A stretch of 64,000 bases of DNA from positions 6,355 to 70,354 of the forward strand of contig JAUXYJ010000018.1 in the NCBI GenBank assembly GCA_030694465.1. Direction: 5' to 3'. A program made the position numbers and the translations under genes. Numbering within the stretch: the first letter of the stretch is position 1; every line of letters begins with the position of its first letter. This document shows, piece by piece, positions 48,653-58,088 of this stretch. The notes below the pieces were generated by a model that was not told where the DNA came from, made no database searches, and was given only the letters and a program-made list of their open reading frames with translations. The stretch comes from Deltaproteobacteria bacterium (GTDB lineage Bacteria; Myxococcota_A; Polyangia; Polyangiales; Ga0077539).

Positions 48653-49141
48653 GTGACCGACACGGCCCCCGTAGATGCGCCCGAGAGCCCCGAATCGCTG
48701 GACAAAGACAGCGAGCCCCACAACACGTCCGAAGCGTCCCAAGCGTCCAGCGAGCCCACGCGCGAGGGCTCTGCGCGGCCCACGGTGCAGCGCTCGCCCC
48801 TGCGGCCCGCAGGAGACGTCCAGGACACCCGCCGCGAGATGGCCCTCGGGCTGCTGGCGGGCTCGCTCACGGTGTATGTGGGCTATCGCATCGTGCGCTT
48901 TGCCTTGCTTTCGTTCTTGAGCGGAGGCTCTTCGACGCTGCTCGCGCTCTCGGTGCTTACGCCCATTAGCGTCCCGTTGCTGGCGGGCTCGATCGCGGCC
49001 GAGCGTGGCCGCAAGGCCTTTGGCTACACGATGATCGCCGCGGTCGCGCTCGCAGCCTTGGTGGGCAGCATGTACTTCTGGGCGACCTATCGGCACGTCC
49101 CCGCGGCCCTCCAGCCACGCTCGGCGGTGGTCGCGCCATGA
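48653..49141 (+). CDS. small membrane protein (acidic N-terminus, 3 TM segments), first gene of the radical SAM operon
   Basis: Its stop overlaps the next start as ATGA (49138-49141). TM segments follow residue ~100 of the track ORF. The start is uncertain: GTG 48653 or ATG 48839. Confidence 0.45.
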   Translation: MTDTAPVDAPESPESLDKDSEPHNTSEASQASSEPTREGSARPTVQRSPLRPAGDVQDTRREMALGLLAGSLTVYVGYRIVRFALLSFLSGGSSTLLALSVLTPISVPLLAGSIAAERGRKAFGYTMIAAVALAALVGSMYFWATYRHVPAALQPRSAVVAP

Positions 49142-49749
49142 CCCTGACGAGCGCAGAGATCCCTGCCATCAACGCGGCGCTTGTGATCGAAGAGACCGAG
49201 GCCGAGGGCCCAGGGATGCGCTTGGCCCTGTGGGTCCAGGGCTGCCCGATGCGATGCGCGGGGTGCTGCAATCCCGAGTTTTTACCGGAGGTTCCAGCGC
49301 GAGAGATCACCGCGAAGTTTGTGCTCGCGCGTGCGGTCGCGCGCGGCGTCGAGGGGCTGAGCCTGTTGGGTGGAGAGCCCTTTGCGCAAGCAAAATCCCT
49401 GGCGAATCTCGCGCAGGGTGCACAAGCGCTGGGGCTCAGCGTGATGGTCTATTCTGGCTACACCCTCGCAGAGCTGCACGCGATGCCCGACCCGGACGTG
49501 CACGCCCTGCTCGCGGCGACGGACCTGCTCGTGGACGGACGCTACGACCACACGCGCCGAACGACCACCCGACGCTGGATCGGAAGTGACAATCAAGTGC
49601 TGCATTTTCTCACGTCAAAGTACGTGAGCAGTGATCCAAGGTTTGCGCAAGCGAACACCGTCGAGCTGCGCATGGTGGGCGGGAGACTGCTGCTCAACGG
49701 GTGGCCCACGCTGGGTGCGCGCACGCGCGTCGAAGAGAGAAAGCGATGA
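49138..49749 (+). CDS. NrdG-like radical SAM activating enzyme (4Fe-4S single-cluster domain)
   Basis: GPGMRLALWVQGCPMRCAGCCNPE (CxxxCxxC), GLSLLGGEP, YSGYT and GSDNQ, colinear with anaerobic RNR / glycyl-radical activases. Confidence 0.8.
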   Translation: MTLTSAEIPAINAALVIEETEAEGPGMRLALWVQGCPMRCAGCCNPEFLPEVPAREITAKFVLARAVARGVEGLSLLGGEPFAQAKSLANLAQGAQALGLSVMVYSGYTLAELHAMPDPDVHALLAATDLLVDGRYDHTRRTTTRRWIGSDNQVLHFLTSKYVSSDPRFAQANTVELRMVGGRLLLNGWPTLGARTRVEERKR

Positions 49750-50915
49750 GTGAGATAGACAACCGTGTAGATCCGCCTGCAGAAATGCTCGATGCACAAG
49801 GTCTCTCGATGCACCTCTCGGTCGAAGAAGCCGACGCGCTCGCCGTGCTCGACACGCTCTTGGGCCTCGTGCGCGCAGACACCGTACGCGGTCCATCGCG
49901 CCTTGAGGTGCTGCGGCCGGGCTTTGCAGCGCTCGCGCAGCGACACATCGCCGTCGCGGTCACGCGCTGGCTCGTCGAGAGCGGCGGGCACCGAGAGCGC
50001 AGCGTGTTGCGAGACGATCTCCGCGCAAAAGGCCGCGTGTGGGACAGCGAGATCAATCGCGGGTGGGCGCCAATGTTCTCGGCAGCGACCACCGAGTTTT
50101 GGCTCGCGTGCGCCAAGCAGTTGCCCACGGTCGAGAGCGACAAGCCCGAGATGATGGGCGAGGCTCCCGCGCGGCGTAAGCGCAGGACGCTCAAGGACAT
50201 GTCGCCACGCCCGACAGGGACACTGGATGGCGACTGGCTGTTTTTTCATCTGTGTCATCGCACGATCTCGGGCTTCGCGATCAACGCGGACGAAGAGACC
50301 TTGTTGCTGCGGTCTCTCCGGCGGTCGTCTCCGTTGGCGGGGCTTTTTGCACTGGATATGCCAGAAGCGAGCGTGTCACTCGCGACCGAGAAGCTCTTGT
50401 GGCTCTTTGCCAACGGCACCGTGCGCATGCTCGAGTGCGCACAAGATCGCTTGGCCCAGAGCTGGGAGCAGTCGATCGCGGGGCTCTGGGCGCGCACAGA
50501 CACTGTCGCCAATTTGTTGCCTCTCTGGCGCACTTCAGAGCTCACGCTGCGCGCGTACATCGCGGCCGCGAGTGGCGCTCGGCGGGCGGATTTGCTGCGA
50601 CCGGTGCTGCGCTTTCTCTCGGGGCTCGCGACGCGCGTGTTTGTGGGCGGCAGCGATCACATCCGCCGTCGTGTCGTGGGATTGCCAGGGTGGAGCGCGA
50701 TCCGCGAGCGAGACGAAATGCTCGCCGCCGTGCGCGCGATCCCCGAGCTTGGGCGCATGGTGCAGCGCGCCCGCGATGAGCTCGCGGCCGAGCGCTACGG
50801 CGACGAACGCTACGAAGAATCGCAGGTGCTTCTCGCGGCGTACGCGGACGAGTTTGCTGCGAGCCGCGCGGCCCTGGACGACGTCGTGCGAGCCTTGTCC
50901 AACACGGTTGGATAG
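49746..50915 (+). CDS. hypothetical protein, 389 aa, coupled to the radical SAM gene
   Basis: ATG 49746 overlaps the activase stop as ATGA. Helical Ala/Leu/Arg-rich sequence. No family recognised. Confidence 0.65.
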   Translation: MSEIDNRVDPPAEMLDAQGLSMHLSVEEADALAVLDTLLGLVRADTVRGPSRLEVLRPGFAALAQRHIAVAVTRWLVESGGHRERSVLRDDLRAKGRVWDSEINRGWAPMFSAATTEFWLACAKQLPTVESDKPEMMGEAPARRKRRTLKDMSPRPTGTLDGDWLFFHLCHRTISGFAINADEETLLLRSLRRSSPLAGLFALDMPEASVSLATEKLLWLFANGTVRMLECAQDRLAQSWEQSIAGLWARTDTVANLLPLWRTSELTLRAYIAAASGARRADLLRPVLRFLSGLATRVFVGGSDHIRRRVVGLPGWSAIRERDEMLAAVRAIPELGRMVQRARDELAAERYGDERYEESQVLLAAYADEFAASRAALDDVVRALSNTVG

Positions 50916-51013
50916 TTGTCGTACGAGCGAACAGTGCATGCAGACATTCGCGGGGGGATCGTGGCTGTTGTATGGACAGTGCCATTGGCTTTTTTGGGAG
51001 AACGGTGGCTGTG

Positions 51014-53974
51014 ATGCGAAATCAGGTTTGGCTTTGGACGACAGTGGCTGGGGTCTCTGCAGGGTGTGCGGTCTCGGACACGCCAGACGTCGCGCGACGC
51101 GATGTGAGCACCGACCAAGCGACCGATGCCACGCGGCCGATGGACGCGATGGTGGACGCGGGCGCCTCTGAGACAAGTACGCCACCCGACGCTGGGATGG
51201 ACGTGGTCACGCCCCCCGCAGACGTGGTTCCGGAGATCGCCTGCACGACCATGTGTGGGGGCTCGTGTACAGACACCAACATCGACCCACGCAATTGCGG
51301 CGCGTGCTTTCGAGACTGCGCGAATTTGATGGGCGTCGACCCTGCGCGGGCGCGGTGCATGGCAGGGTTTTGTCAGATCCGCGACGCGTGCATGCCCAAC
51401 CGCGGGGACTGCAACAACGACGCGACCGATGGCTGTGAGACCGACCTTGGGACCGCTGCCAACTGTGGGGTCTGTGGGACCGCCTGCGTAGAGCCGTCGC
51501 CCATTTGCACGATGATGGCGGGGGGAGGCCCGACGGGCTTTCGATGTGGCACCGGCTGTGTCGCTCCGACGGCGGACCGCTGCGCGTCGCGGTGTGTGGA
51601 TTTTCAGACAGATTCGCGCAACTGCGGGAGCTGCGGCACCGTGTGTCCCACGGCGATTAACGGCACGGGCGCGTGCGTCGCGGGGCGCTGCGCGGTGATG
51701 TGCAACCCAGGGTTTGGCGACTGCGACGGGCTCGCGACCAACGGCTGCGAGACCTCGACCAACACAAGCACGGTCCACTGCGGGACCTGCGGCAACGTGT
51801 GCCCTGGGATCATGGGCGCGACCCCCGCGTGCAACACCGGCGTGTGCGGAATCCGCTGCACGACCGGCACAGGCGACTGCGACATGAACCCGGCCAACGG
51901 CTGTGAGACCAACATCACCAACCAGCCACAAAACTGCGGCGCGTGTGGGCGGGTCTGCGGCGCTGCACCCAACGCAATGCCGACCTGCTCGTCCAACATT
52001 TGCTCGTTCGCGTGCATGACCGGCTTTGGCAACTGTGACTTCAGCTCGATCAATGGGTGTGAGGCAGACCTGAGCACCAACGCGCGCGCGTGCGGCGCGT
52101 GTGGGCGGATTTGTACAACCCCAGCGAACGCAGTCGCGACGTGCGTGTCGAGCGCATGCAGCTTCACGTGCGCGGCGAATTTTGGCGACTGCAACATGCT
52201 CGGGACCGACGGCTGCGAGGCCGCGTTTGCGAGCAACGTCCTGCACTGCGGCGCGTGCAACAACGCGTGCCCCACGCCTGCCAACGGCACGCCTTTGTGC
52301 ACCGCCGGCACCTGCGGCGCGCGCTGCACCACGGGCTTCGGGGATTGCGACGGCAACGCCGCGAACGGCTGCGAGACTGCGACCACGACGGCGATGGCGC
52401 ACTGTGGCGGCTGCGGGATGGCGTGTGCTGCGCCCGCCAACGCGACGGCGATGTGCGCCGCGTCTCGCTGCGTGATCACCTGCGACGCGGGGTTTACGCT
52501 CTCTGGGGCCACCTGCCTCCGCTCGCCGCCCCAGCCGGTCACCCCGTGGAACGGCGCCGTCGTCACAAGCCGCCGCCCGATCTTTCGCGTGGCCCTCGCC
52601 CTGGGCCAAGACGCCGCGCAGATCGAGGTCTGCGGCAACCGCACGTGCACGATCATCGCGCGCACCTTCGACGTGATGGGACCGACGGGCGTGTTTCCTG
52701 TGGATTTGATCCCGGGGATTTACTACTGGCGCGCCCGCGGTCGCATCGCCGGAGGGGTCGTCACGAGCGAGAGCCCAGTGTTTCAGTTTAGCGTGCCCAA
52801 CCTCGCGGTGACCGCCACGGTAGCCGGGCAGTGGGGCACGACGCTCAACCCCAACGGGGACGGCGTCGCGGACGTGATCATTGGCTCTCCGAGCGCCAAT
52901 CGCGCGGACTTTCGCTTCGGCCCCACGATCTCAAGCGGCGCCGCCATGACCGGAACCACCGGCCACGGCACCTCGGTCGCCTCTGCGGGCGACGTCAACG
53001 TCGACGGGTTTACCGATGTGGTCATCGGCGGACCCACCAGCACTGGGGGTGTGGTCAACATTCACCATGCGGTGAGCAGCACCTTCTCAGCGGCCGCGAG
53101 CGTGAGCATCCCGGCGCCTGCGGCCACGGTTCGCTTCGGCGCCTATGTGACCTCGCTCGGCGACGTCAACGCGGATGGCTACGCGGACATCGCCGTCGCG
53201 ACCGGCTCAAACCGCGTGTACGTCTATCACGGCAGCCCCACCGGGGTGAGCAGCACCCCGGCCACGGTGATCAGCCCCCCTGCGGGCGCGACGGGCGTGT
53301 TTGGGTCGACCCTCTCCCGCGCGGCGGATTTTAACCACGATGGCTTCGGCGACCTCGTCGTCGGCCACGATGGGTCGAGCCAGTCTGCGTATCTCTATCT
53401 CGGCTCGGCCTCGGGCTTGGGCGCCACGCCGATCGTGATCTCAGGGCCTGCTTCGTCGGGCTTTGGCCGCGCGGTCGACGTCGCTGGCGATGTGAACGGA
53501 GATGGCTACCTCGACCTCGCTGTGGGCGCGTACGCAGCGAGCCGCTTGTACGTGTTTCACGGCAGCGCGGGCGGCTTTGCGGCGGCTCCGTCGACCATTG
53601 TGGGTGTCACAGCGGGGCTCTCGCAGCTTGGGTTGACCGTCTCGTTTGGCGGGGATACGGACGGCGATGGCTACGGAGATGTGCTCGCCGCGAGCCCAAG
53701 CAACGGAGTCACCCTGTTGTACTTCGGCAGCGCAACGGGGCTTGATGAAGCCACACGGCTCACGTTCTCACTCGGCGCAGGCGCAGGGACCTCGCTGAGC
53801 GCAGGGGACATCTACGCAAGCGATGGGCTCTTTCTCTCGGACGTCGTGATTGGTCGCCCCGCCGCCAACGTTGTCTATCTCTATCGCGGGAGCCGGACCC
53901 GCTCGGCCATCACGACGCTCTACACATCCGCCACGATCACGACGAGCACGGGGACCTCGGTCGCGGCGCAGTAG
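51014..53974 (+). CDS. large lipoprotein: 52-aa Cys-rich module array plus FG-GAP repeats
   Basis: Lipobox VSAGC. CGxCG motifs recur every 52 aa. The C-terminal half has FG-GAP/Ca motifs (GDVNVDGFTDVVIGG, GDVNADGYADIAVA, GDVNGDGYLDLAVGA). Confidence 0.85.
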   Translation: MRNQVWLWTTVAGVSAGCAVSDTPDVARRDVSTDQATDATRPMDAMVDAGASETSTPPDAGMDVVTPPADVVPEIACTTMCGGSCTDTNIDPRNCGACFRDCANLMGVDPARARCMAGFCQIRDACMPNRGDCNNDATDGCETDLGTAANCGVCGTACVEPSPICTMMAGGGPTGFRCGTGCVAPTADRCASRCVDFQTDSRNCGSCGTVCPTAINGTGACVAGRCAVMCNPGFGDCDGLATNGCETSTNTSTVHCGTCGNVCPGIMGATPACNTGVCGIRCTTGTGDCDMNPANGCETNITNQPQNCGACGRVCGAAPNAMPTCSSNICSFACMTGFGNCDFSSINGCEADLSTNARACGACGRICTTPANAVATCVSSACSFTCAANFGDCNMLGTDGCEAAFASNVLHCGACNNACPTPANGTPLCTAGTCGARCTTGFGDCDGNAANGCETATTTAMAHCGGCGMACAAPANATAMCAASRCVITCDAGFTLSGATCLRSPPQPVTPWNGAVVTSRRPIFRVALALGQDAAQIEVCGNRTCTIIARTFDVMGPTGVFPVDLIPGIYYWRARGRIAGGVVTSESPVFQFSVPNLAVTATVAGQWGTTLNPNGDGVADVIIGSPSANRADFRFGPTISSGAAMTGTTGHGTSVASAGDVNVDGFTDVVIGGPTSTGGVVNIHHAVSSTFSAAASVSIPAPAATVRFGAYVTSLGDVNADGYADIAVATGSNRVYVYHGSPTGVSSTPATVISPPAGATGVFGSTLSRAADFNHDGFGDLVVGHDGSSQSAYLYLGSASGLGATPIVISGPASSGFGRAVDVAGDVNGDGYLDLAVGAYAASRLYVFHGSAGGFAAAPSTIVGVTAGLSQLGLTVSFGGDTDGDGYGDVLAASPSNGVTLLYFGSATGLDEATRLTFSLGAGAGTSLSAGDIYASDGLFLSDVVIGRPAANVVYLYRGSRTRSAITTLYTSATITTSTGTSVAAQ
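51464..52516 (+). repeat. tandem array of about seven 156-nt (52-aa) Cys-rich coding modules
   Basis: CGxCG motifs sit at residues 165, 217, 269, 321, 373, 425 and 477 of the track protein. Each is followed by C..G.C...C..GFGDCD....NGCE. Confidence 0.7.
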
Positions 53975-54124
53975 GCGCACACCGGTGGGGGAGCGGGGGA
54001 TGGGGCGCTCAGCTCTGTAGGCAACCACGGCGGCTGCGTCGGCGGGGCGCCGGTGATCGCTGGAGCGTCTGTGCAGAGCGCGTCGACCGAGTGATTCACT
54101 CGATGAATTGCAGCTCCGAGTGGC

Positions 54125-54520
54125 TCAGACCGAGAAGCTTGAGCCGCAGCCGCAGCTGCCCTTGACGTTGGGATTGACGAACTTGAACCCTGCGCCGTGC
54201 AAGCCCTCGACGTAGTCGATCTCGGTGCCTTCGAGGTACTGCAGGGAGAGCGGGTCGACGAAGAGCTGGATGCCGTGCGACTCAAGGATGAGGTCCATGT
54301 CCGTGGCCTTCTCGTCGAAGAACAGGTCGTACTGAAATCCCGAGCATCCGCCGCCCTTGACCTGCACGCGGAGCCCCTGGCCATCAAGGCCCTCTTCTTT
54401 CGAGATCTCGTGGACCTTGGCCGCGGCCGTGTCCGTGAGCTTGAGCGTGGGGAGCTCTTCGGCGTGCGCGTGTGCGTGGGTGGTGGTCTCGGTGGTGGTC
54501 TCGGTGCTGGCCATCGTCAT
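54125..54520 (-). CDS. erpA: A-type iron-sulfur carrier (HesB/IscA/ErpA family)
   Basis: Internal ATG 54520 with a GGAG upstream. GGGCSGFQY and the C-terminal CGCGSSF. The N-terminal Thr/Glu/His-rich extension is unusual. Confidence 0.85.
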   Translation of the reverse strand: MTMASTETTTETTTHAHAHAEELPTLKLTDTAAAKVHEISKEEGLDGQGLRVQVKGGGCSGFQYDLFFDEKATDMDLILESHGIQLFVDPLSLQYLEGTEIDYVEGLHGAGFKFVNPNVKGSCGCGSSFSV

Positions 54521-54775
54521 GATGCAATACTCCTTGGAGGTGAGATCGGTCGCTTGATTAACAGGGGATCGCGAAGTCTTGAGGGATGCCTCGAAGCCCC
54601 AAGGTCGACCGAACAACACGAACACTAACGTGAGGGTGAGTGTTCGTCCAGCGGGGACATGCACTACGCGCTCAAAGAGCGTGCAGGGTCGCGTCGGTGG
54701 TGCAGTCTCAGGGCGCTGTCGATTGCGTTGGTGACACAACCGCCAAGCGTGCAAAGAAAGCGGTGAGCCTTAGGC

Positions 54776-55972
54776 ATGAGAATCGCGATGATCGCGCCGT
54801 ATTTTCCGGCCCCCGAGAACACTGGGGGGCGCATTCGCATGGCGCAGCTGGCGCGTGCCCTGGCAAACACGCACGAGGTCGAGCTCTTTGCGTGTGGGGG
54901 GGAGCGCGAGGTGAGCGAGGCACAGCGCGACGGTTCGCTGAGCATTTATGCAGGGCATCACGTGCGTGGGCGCAAACCCGGGCGCTACCCTTTTGCGTGG
55001 ATGGCCCCCGAGCGCGTGCGCAGCGCGTCGCCGGTGGCGCTGGTCTGGGACCTCGCCAGAGCGCACCGCGCAAGACCCTTTGACGGGGTCTTTGTCTGTC
55101 ACTCGTACGCGATGGGCTTGGCCCTCCCGCTGGGCCTCGCGGTGGTCTTGGACGAGCACAACGTCGAGAGTGACTACGCCGCGCAGACACGCCTAGACGC
55201 CGCGAGCGCCCGCGAATCCGAGCGGTTGCGCGCGTGGGAGCGCATGTGCTGGCAGACCGCGCGCTTGGTCACCTGCGTGAGCGAGACGGACGCCGCGTGC
55301 GTGCGTGAGAGCCTCGGCGCGCAGGGCACAGTGGCGGTCGTGCCCAACGGGGTTTCGCTCGAGAGCGTGGATTTTTGCACGCCAAGTGAGCGAGCGAGCG
55401 CGGGCCGTCGCGATGTGCTCTTTGTAGGGCTCATGAGCCACCCGCCCAACGAGCGCGCGGCCGTGTGGCTCGTGGACAAGGTCTTTGCGCGGGTGTGGCG
55501 CAGCGTTGCAGACGCGCGCTTGGTGCTCTGTGGGCGCCAGCCCTCGGCCACGGTGCAGGCGCTGGCCAAGAGCGACCCGCGCATCGTGGTGACCGGTACC
55601 GTGCCCAGTGTGCGGCTTTTTTTGCAGCAAGCGCGCGTGGTTACCGTGCCCTTGGGCCACGGGGCGGGCTCTTCGCTCAAGAGCGTCGAGGCCCTCGCGT
55701 CGGGCGCCCACGTTGTGTCCACCCCGGTCGGAATGCGCGGGATCTCAGGCACGCAGCCAGGGCTCACGCACGCCGAGACCGACGACCCGGACGCGTTCGC
55801 TGACGAGATTATTCGTGGATTTTCGCAGGATATTTCGGTGCTTGCGGCGCTCGATGCGCAGGCACTGCGCGCCCGCGAGGTGGCCCGCGCGTACGACTGG
55901 CCCACGATCGGTGCGCGCTTTGCGCAGCTCGCCACAGAGCACTGGTCTCAGTCCGCCGTGAGGCCACGATGA
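54776..55972 (+). CDS. glycosyltransferase family 4 (GT-B, group 1)
   Basis: N-terminus MRIAMIAPYFP..NTGG. C-terminus G.G.SLKSVEALASGAHVVST. Confidence 0.85.
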   Translation: MRIAMIAPYFPAPENTGGRIRMAQLARALANTHEVELFACGGEREVSEAQRDGSLSIYAGHHVRGRKPGRYPFAWMAPERVRSASPVALVWDLARAHRARPFDGVFVCHSYAMGLALPLGLAVVLDEHNVESDYAAQTRLDAASARESERLRAWERMCWQTARLVTCVSETDAACVRESLGAQGTVAVVPNGVSLESVDFCTPSERASAGRRDVLFVGLMSHPPNERAAVWLVDKVFARVWRSVADARLVLCGRQPSATVQALAKSDPRIVVTGTVPSVRLFLQQARVVTVPLGHGAGSSLKSVEALASGAHVVSTPVGMRGISGTQPGLTHAETDDPDAFADEIIRGFSQDISVLAALDAQALRAREVARAYDWPTIGARFAQLATEHWSQSAVRPR

Positions 55973-56850
55973 GCGAGCCTCCACAGTGTCCGCTCTGTGA
56001 TCGCCCGATGATCGCCAGGTTTTCATCAGGCGAATTCACTATGATGCGCTGCGCTGCGTGCGACCTCGAGTGCGCTCATCCCATGCCCACACCCGAGGCG
56101 CTCACCGCGTTTTATACGCACGCGTACTTTGACGGCAGCAGGCCAGGGCACGGCTACGAAGACTACTTTGGCCGCGAGCGCGCGATCGCAGACGACAAGG
56201 CGACGACGCGAATGGAGCTGCTTTTTCGCTGCGGATTGCGCGAGGGCGACACGCTGCTTGAACTCGGAGCTGCCGACGGGCGTGTGCTGTTAGAAGCACA
56301 CCGTCGCGGAGTGCAGTGCGTGGGGGTCGAGGCCTCGCAGCACGCGCGCACACAAGCAGACCCCGTGGTGCGCGACGCGCTCTATGAGTCCCTGGATGAG
56401 GCGCTCGATCGCGAGACGAATTTCGAGTGTTTTGCCGCGTTTGATGTGCTCGAGCACTTGATCGACCCCGTCGCGACGCTCACGCAAATCCGCGCCAAGC
56501 TCGCGCTCGACGCCCTCGTCGCGGTGGTGGTCCCAGTGACTGACAACGGCAACGCGCGCTGGTGGCCCACGAGCTGGGATCAGTACAAGCCCCCCGAGCA
56601 CCTGTGGTATTTTTCGCGCGCGAGCATGCGTACTCTACTAGCAAAAACACTGGGCGCACGCATGATCGAAGAGCGCTCGGCGTGGACGCGATCGTCGCGC
56701 GTGTGCGACGCGTGGCTCGGTCGCCGCGGAACGCTCGCGCGCATCGAGGGCCGTCTCTGGGACGCGCTGGTCCAGCGCAAGCTCGTAGATCCCGCGCGGA
56801 TTGTCGACTCGGTGTTGTTCGTCGCGCGGCGAGAAGTGAGCGCGATGTGA
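55969..56850 (+). CDS. class I SAM-dependent methyltransferase with an N-terminal zinc ribbon
   Basis: CPLC...CAAC, LLELGAADG and FDVLEHL. ATGA overlap with the upstream gene. Confidence 0.8.
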   Translation: MSEPPQCPLCDRPMIARFSSGEFTMMRCAACDLECAHPMPTPEALTAFYTHAYFDGSRPGHGYEDYFGRERAIADDKATTRMELLFRCGLREGDTLLELGAADGRVLLEAHRRGVQCVGVEASQHARTQADPVVRDALYESLDEALDRETNFECFAAFDVLEHLIDPVATLTQIRAKLALDALVAVVVPVTDNGNARWWPTSWDQYKPPEHLWYFSRASMRTLLAKTLGARMIEERSAWTRSSRVCDAWLGRRGTLARIEGRLWDALVQRKLVDPARIVDSVLFVARREVSAM

Positions 56851-58058
56851 GCGAGCTCTATCAGCAAATTCGCACATTGATCGCCTCGGTGATCCCGGCG
56901 CGCGGGGGCGCTTCGGGCGCGGTCACGCACTTGCTTCCGTCCGTGGGCTGGGGCGGCAACGAGCGGCTCGCGTGCACGCTGCACCGCCTAGCGCAGGAGG
57001 GCGGGTGGCGCTCGCGGATGGACGCACCGATGCACCCGCGATTGCACCCTGGCCTGTGGGAAGACGGCGGGGCAGATAGCGACGAATCACAGCAATTTCG
57101 CTCGCAAAGCAGCGCGCTCTCGGACACGCAGGCGCTCGTTGCGTGGGCCCGCGCGGCGCGCAGACGAGCGAAGATCGAGCGCCCCGCGGTGGTGCACGCG
57201 CACTTGGCCTGGCCCGACCGCGCGGGTCTCGCGCTGTATGCCTCGGCGGGGGCTCCGCTGGTGCTCACCTTTGGGCTGCTGCCTGCGCCCAATGCGCACT
57301 ACAGCTCGGATGAACTCTTGCGGTGGCGCAGTGACAACGTGCTCGCCAACGTGCACGCGAGGCTCTCGCGTGTCTGGTTTGTCGCGCCCAGCGAGGCCGA
57401 CGCCGCGAGGCTCTGCGCGCTCGTTGGGCCCAGGGCCAGCGCGCGCGTGAGGCACATCGCCAACTGCGCGCCCTTGCCCAGAGTGCACCGCAAGAATCCC
57501 CAGGGATTTCGCTGGCCCGAGGACACCCTGCGCGTGCTCACCGTCGCGCGCTTGGTGCCGCAAAAAGGGCTCTCTCGCGCGCTCGAAGCGATGGCCCACC
57601 CAAGCCTGCGTGCGCTGCGGTGGCACTGGCTCATCGCAGGCGAGGGCGAATTGCAGCGGGCTCTGCGAGCGCAAGTGAGCGCCCTGGGGCTCGCAGACCG
57701 GGTCACCTTCGCCGGAGATCTGCGGGCCGACGCGCTCTATCCCGACGCGGACGTGCTCTTGTCCACGAGCCACACGGAGGGCTTTGCGCTCGTCCCGCTC
57801 GAGGCCATCGAGGCGGGCTGCCCGGTGCTGCTCTCGCCCATTGTCGCGCACCATGAGCTCCTCGGCGCACACACGCCCGAGGCGCTCTTGCCGCGGGACG
57901 AAACGCAGTGGCCCGATGCGCTCTTGTCCTGGTTTTTATCTCGCCAAAGGCTCAAAGAGCTCGCGCTACAGCAGGGCTCAATCCTCGCGCAAGACCCCCG
58001 CGCTGCGACGCGCGAGGCCTATGATCTTCTCTATCGCGAGGTCGCGCGCTGTGCGTGA
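56847..58058 (+). CDS. glycosyltransferase (GT-B, group 1)
   Basis: GTG 56847 overlaps the upstream stop as GTGA. C-terminus SHTEGFALVPLEAIEAGCPVL. The upstream 95 aa of the track ORF lie out of frame across the methyltransferase gene. Confidence 0.75.
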   Translation: MSELYQQIRTLIASVIPARGGASGAVTHLLPSVGWGGNERLACTLHRLAQEGGWRSRMDAPMHPRLHPGLWEDGGADSDESQQFRSQSSALSDTQALVAWARAARRRAKIERPAVVHAHLAWPDRAGLALYASAGAPLVLTFGLLPAPNAHYSSDELLRWRSDNVLANVHARLSRVWFVAPSEADAARLCALVGPRASARVRHIANCAPLPRVHRKNPQGFRWPEDTLRVLTVARLVPQKGLSRALEAMAHPSLRALRWHWLIAGEGELQRALRAQVSALGLADRVTFAGDLRADALYPDADVLLSTSHTEGFALVPLEAIEAGCPVLLSPIVAHHELLGAHTPEALLPRDETQWPDALLSWFLSRQRLKELALQQGSILAQDPRAATREAYDLLYREVARCA

Positions 58059-58088
58059 GGGCCCTGGCGGTGATAGACCTCGGGCGCC

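Noticed and set aside
50670-50690. RRRVVGLPGW in the 389-aa protein as a glycyl-radical site for the adjacent activase
   Set aside because: The consensus needs an aromatic residue after the Gly (RV.G[YFW]) and a position close to the C-terminus. Here it is Leu, 76 residues from the end. I keep it only as a caveat in the radical SAM finding.
50810-52665. Minus-strand ORFs of 599 aa (50810-52609) and 353 aa (51604-52665)
   Set aside because: They are antisense shadows of the Cys-rich/FG-GAP gene. The products are extremely Arg/Ala/His-rich, while the plus-strand frame has periodic Cys modules and FG-GAP motifs.
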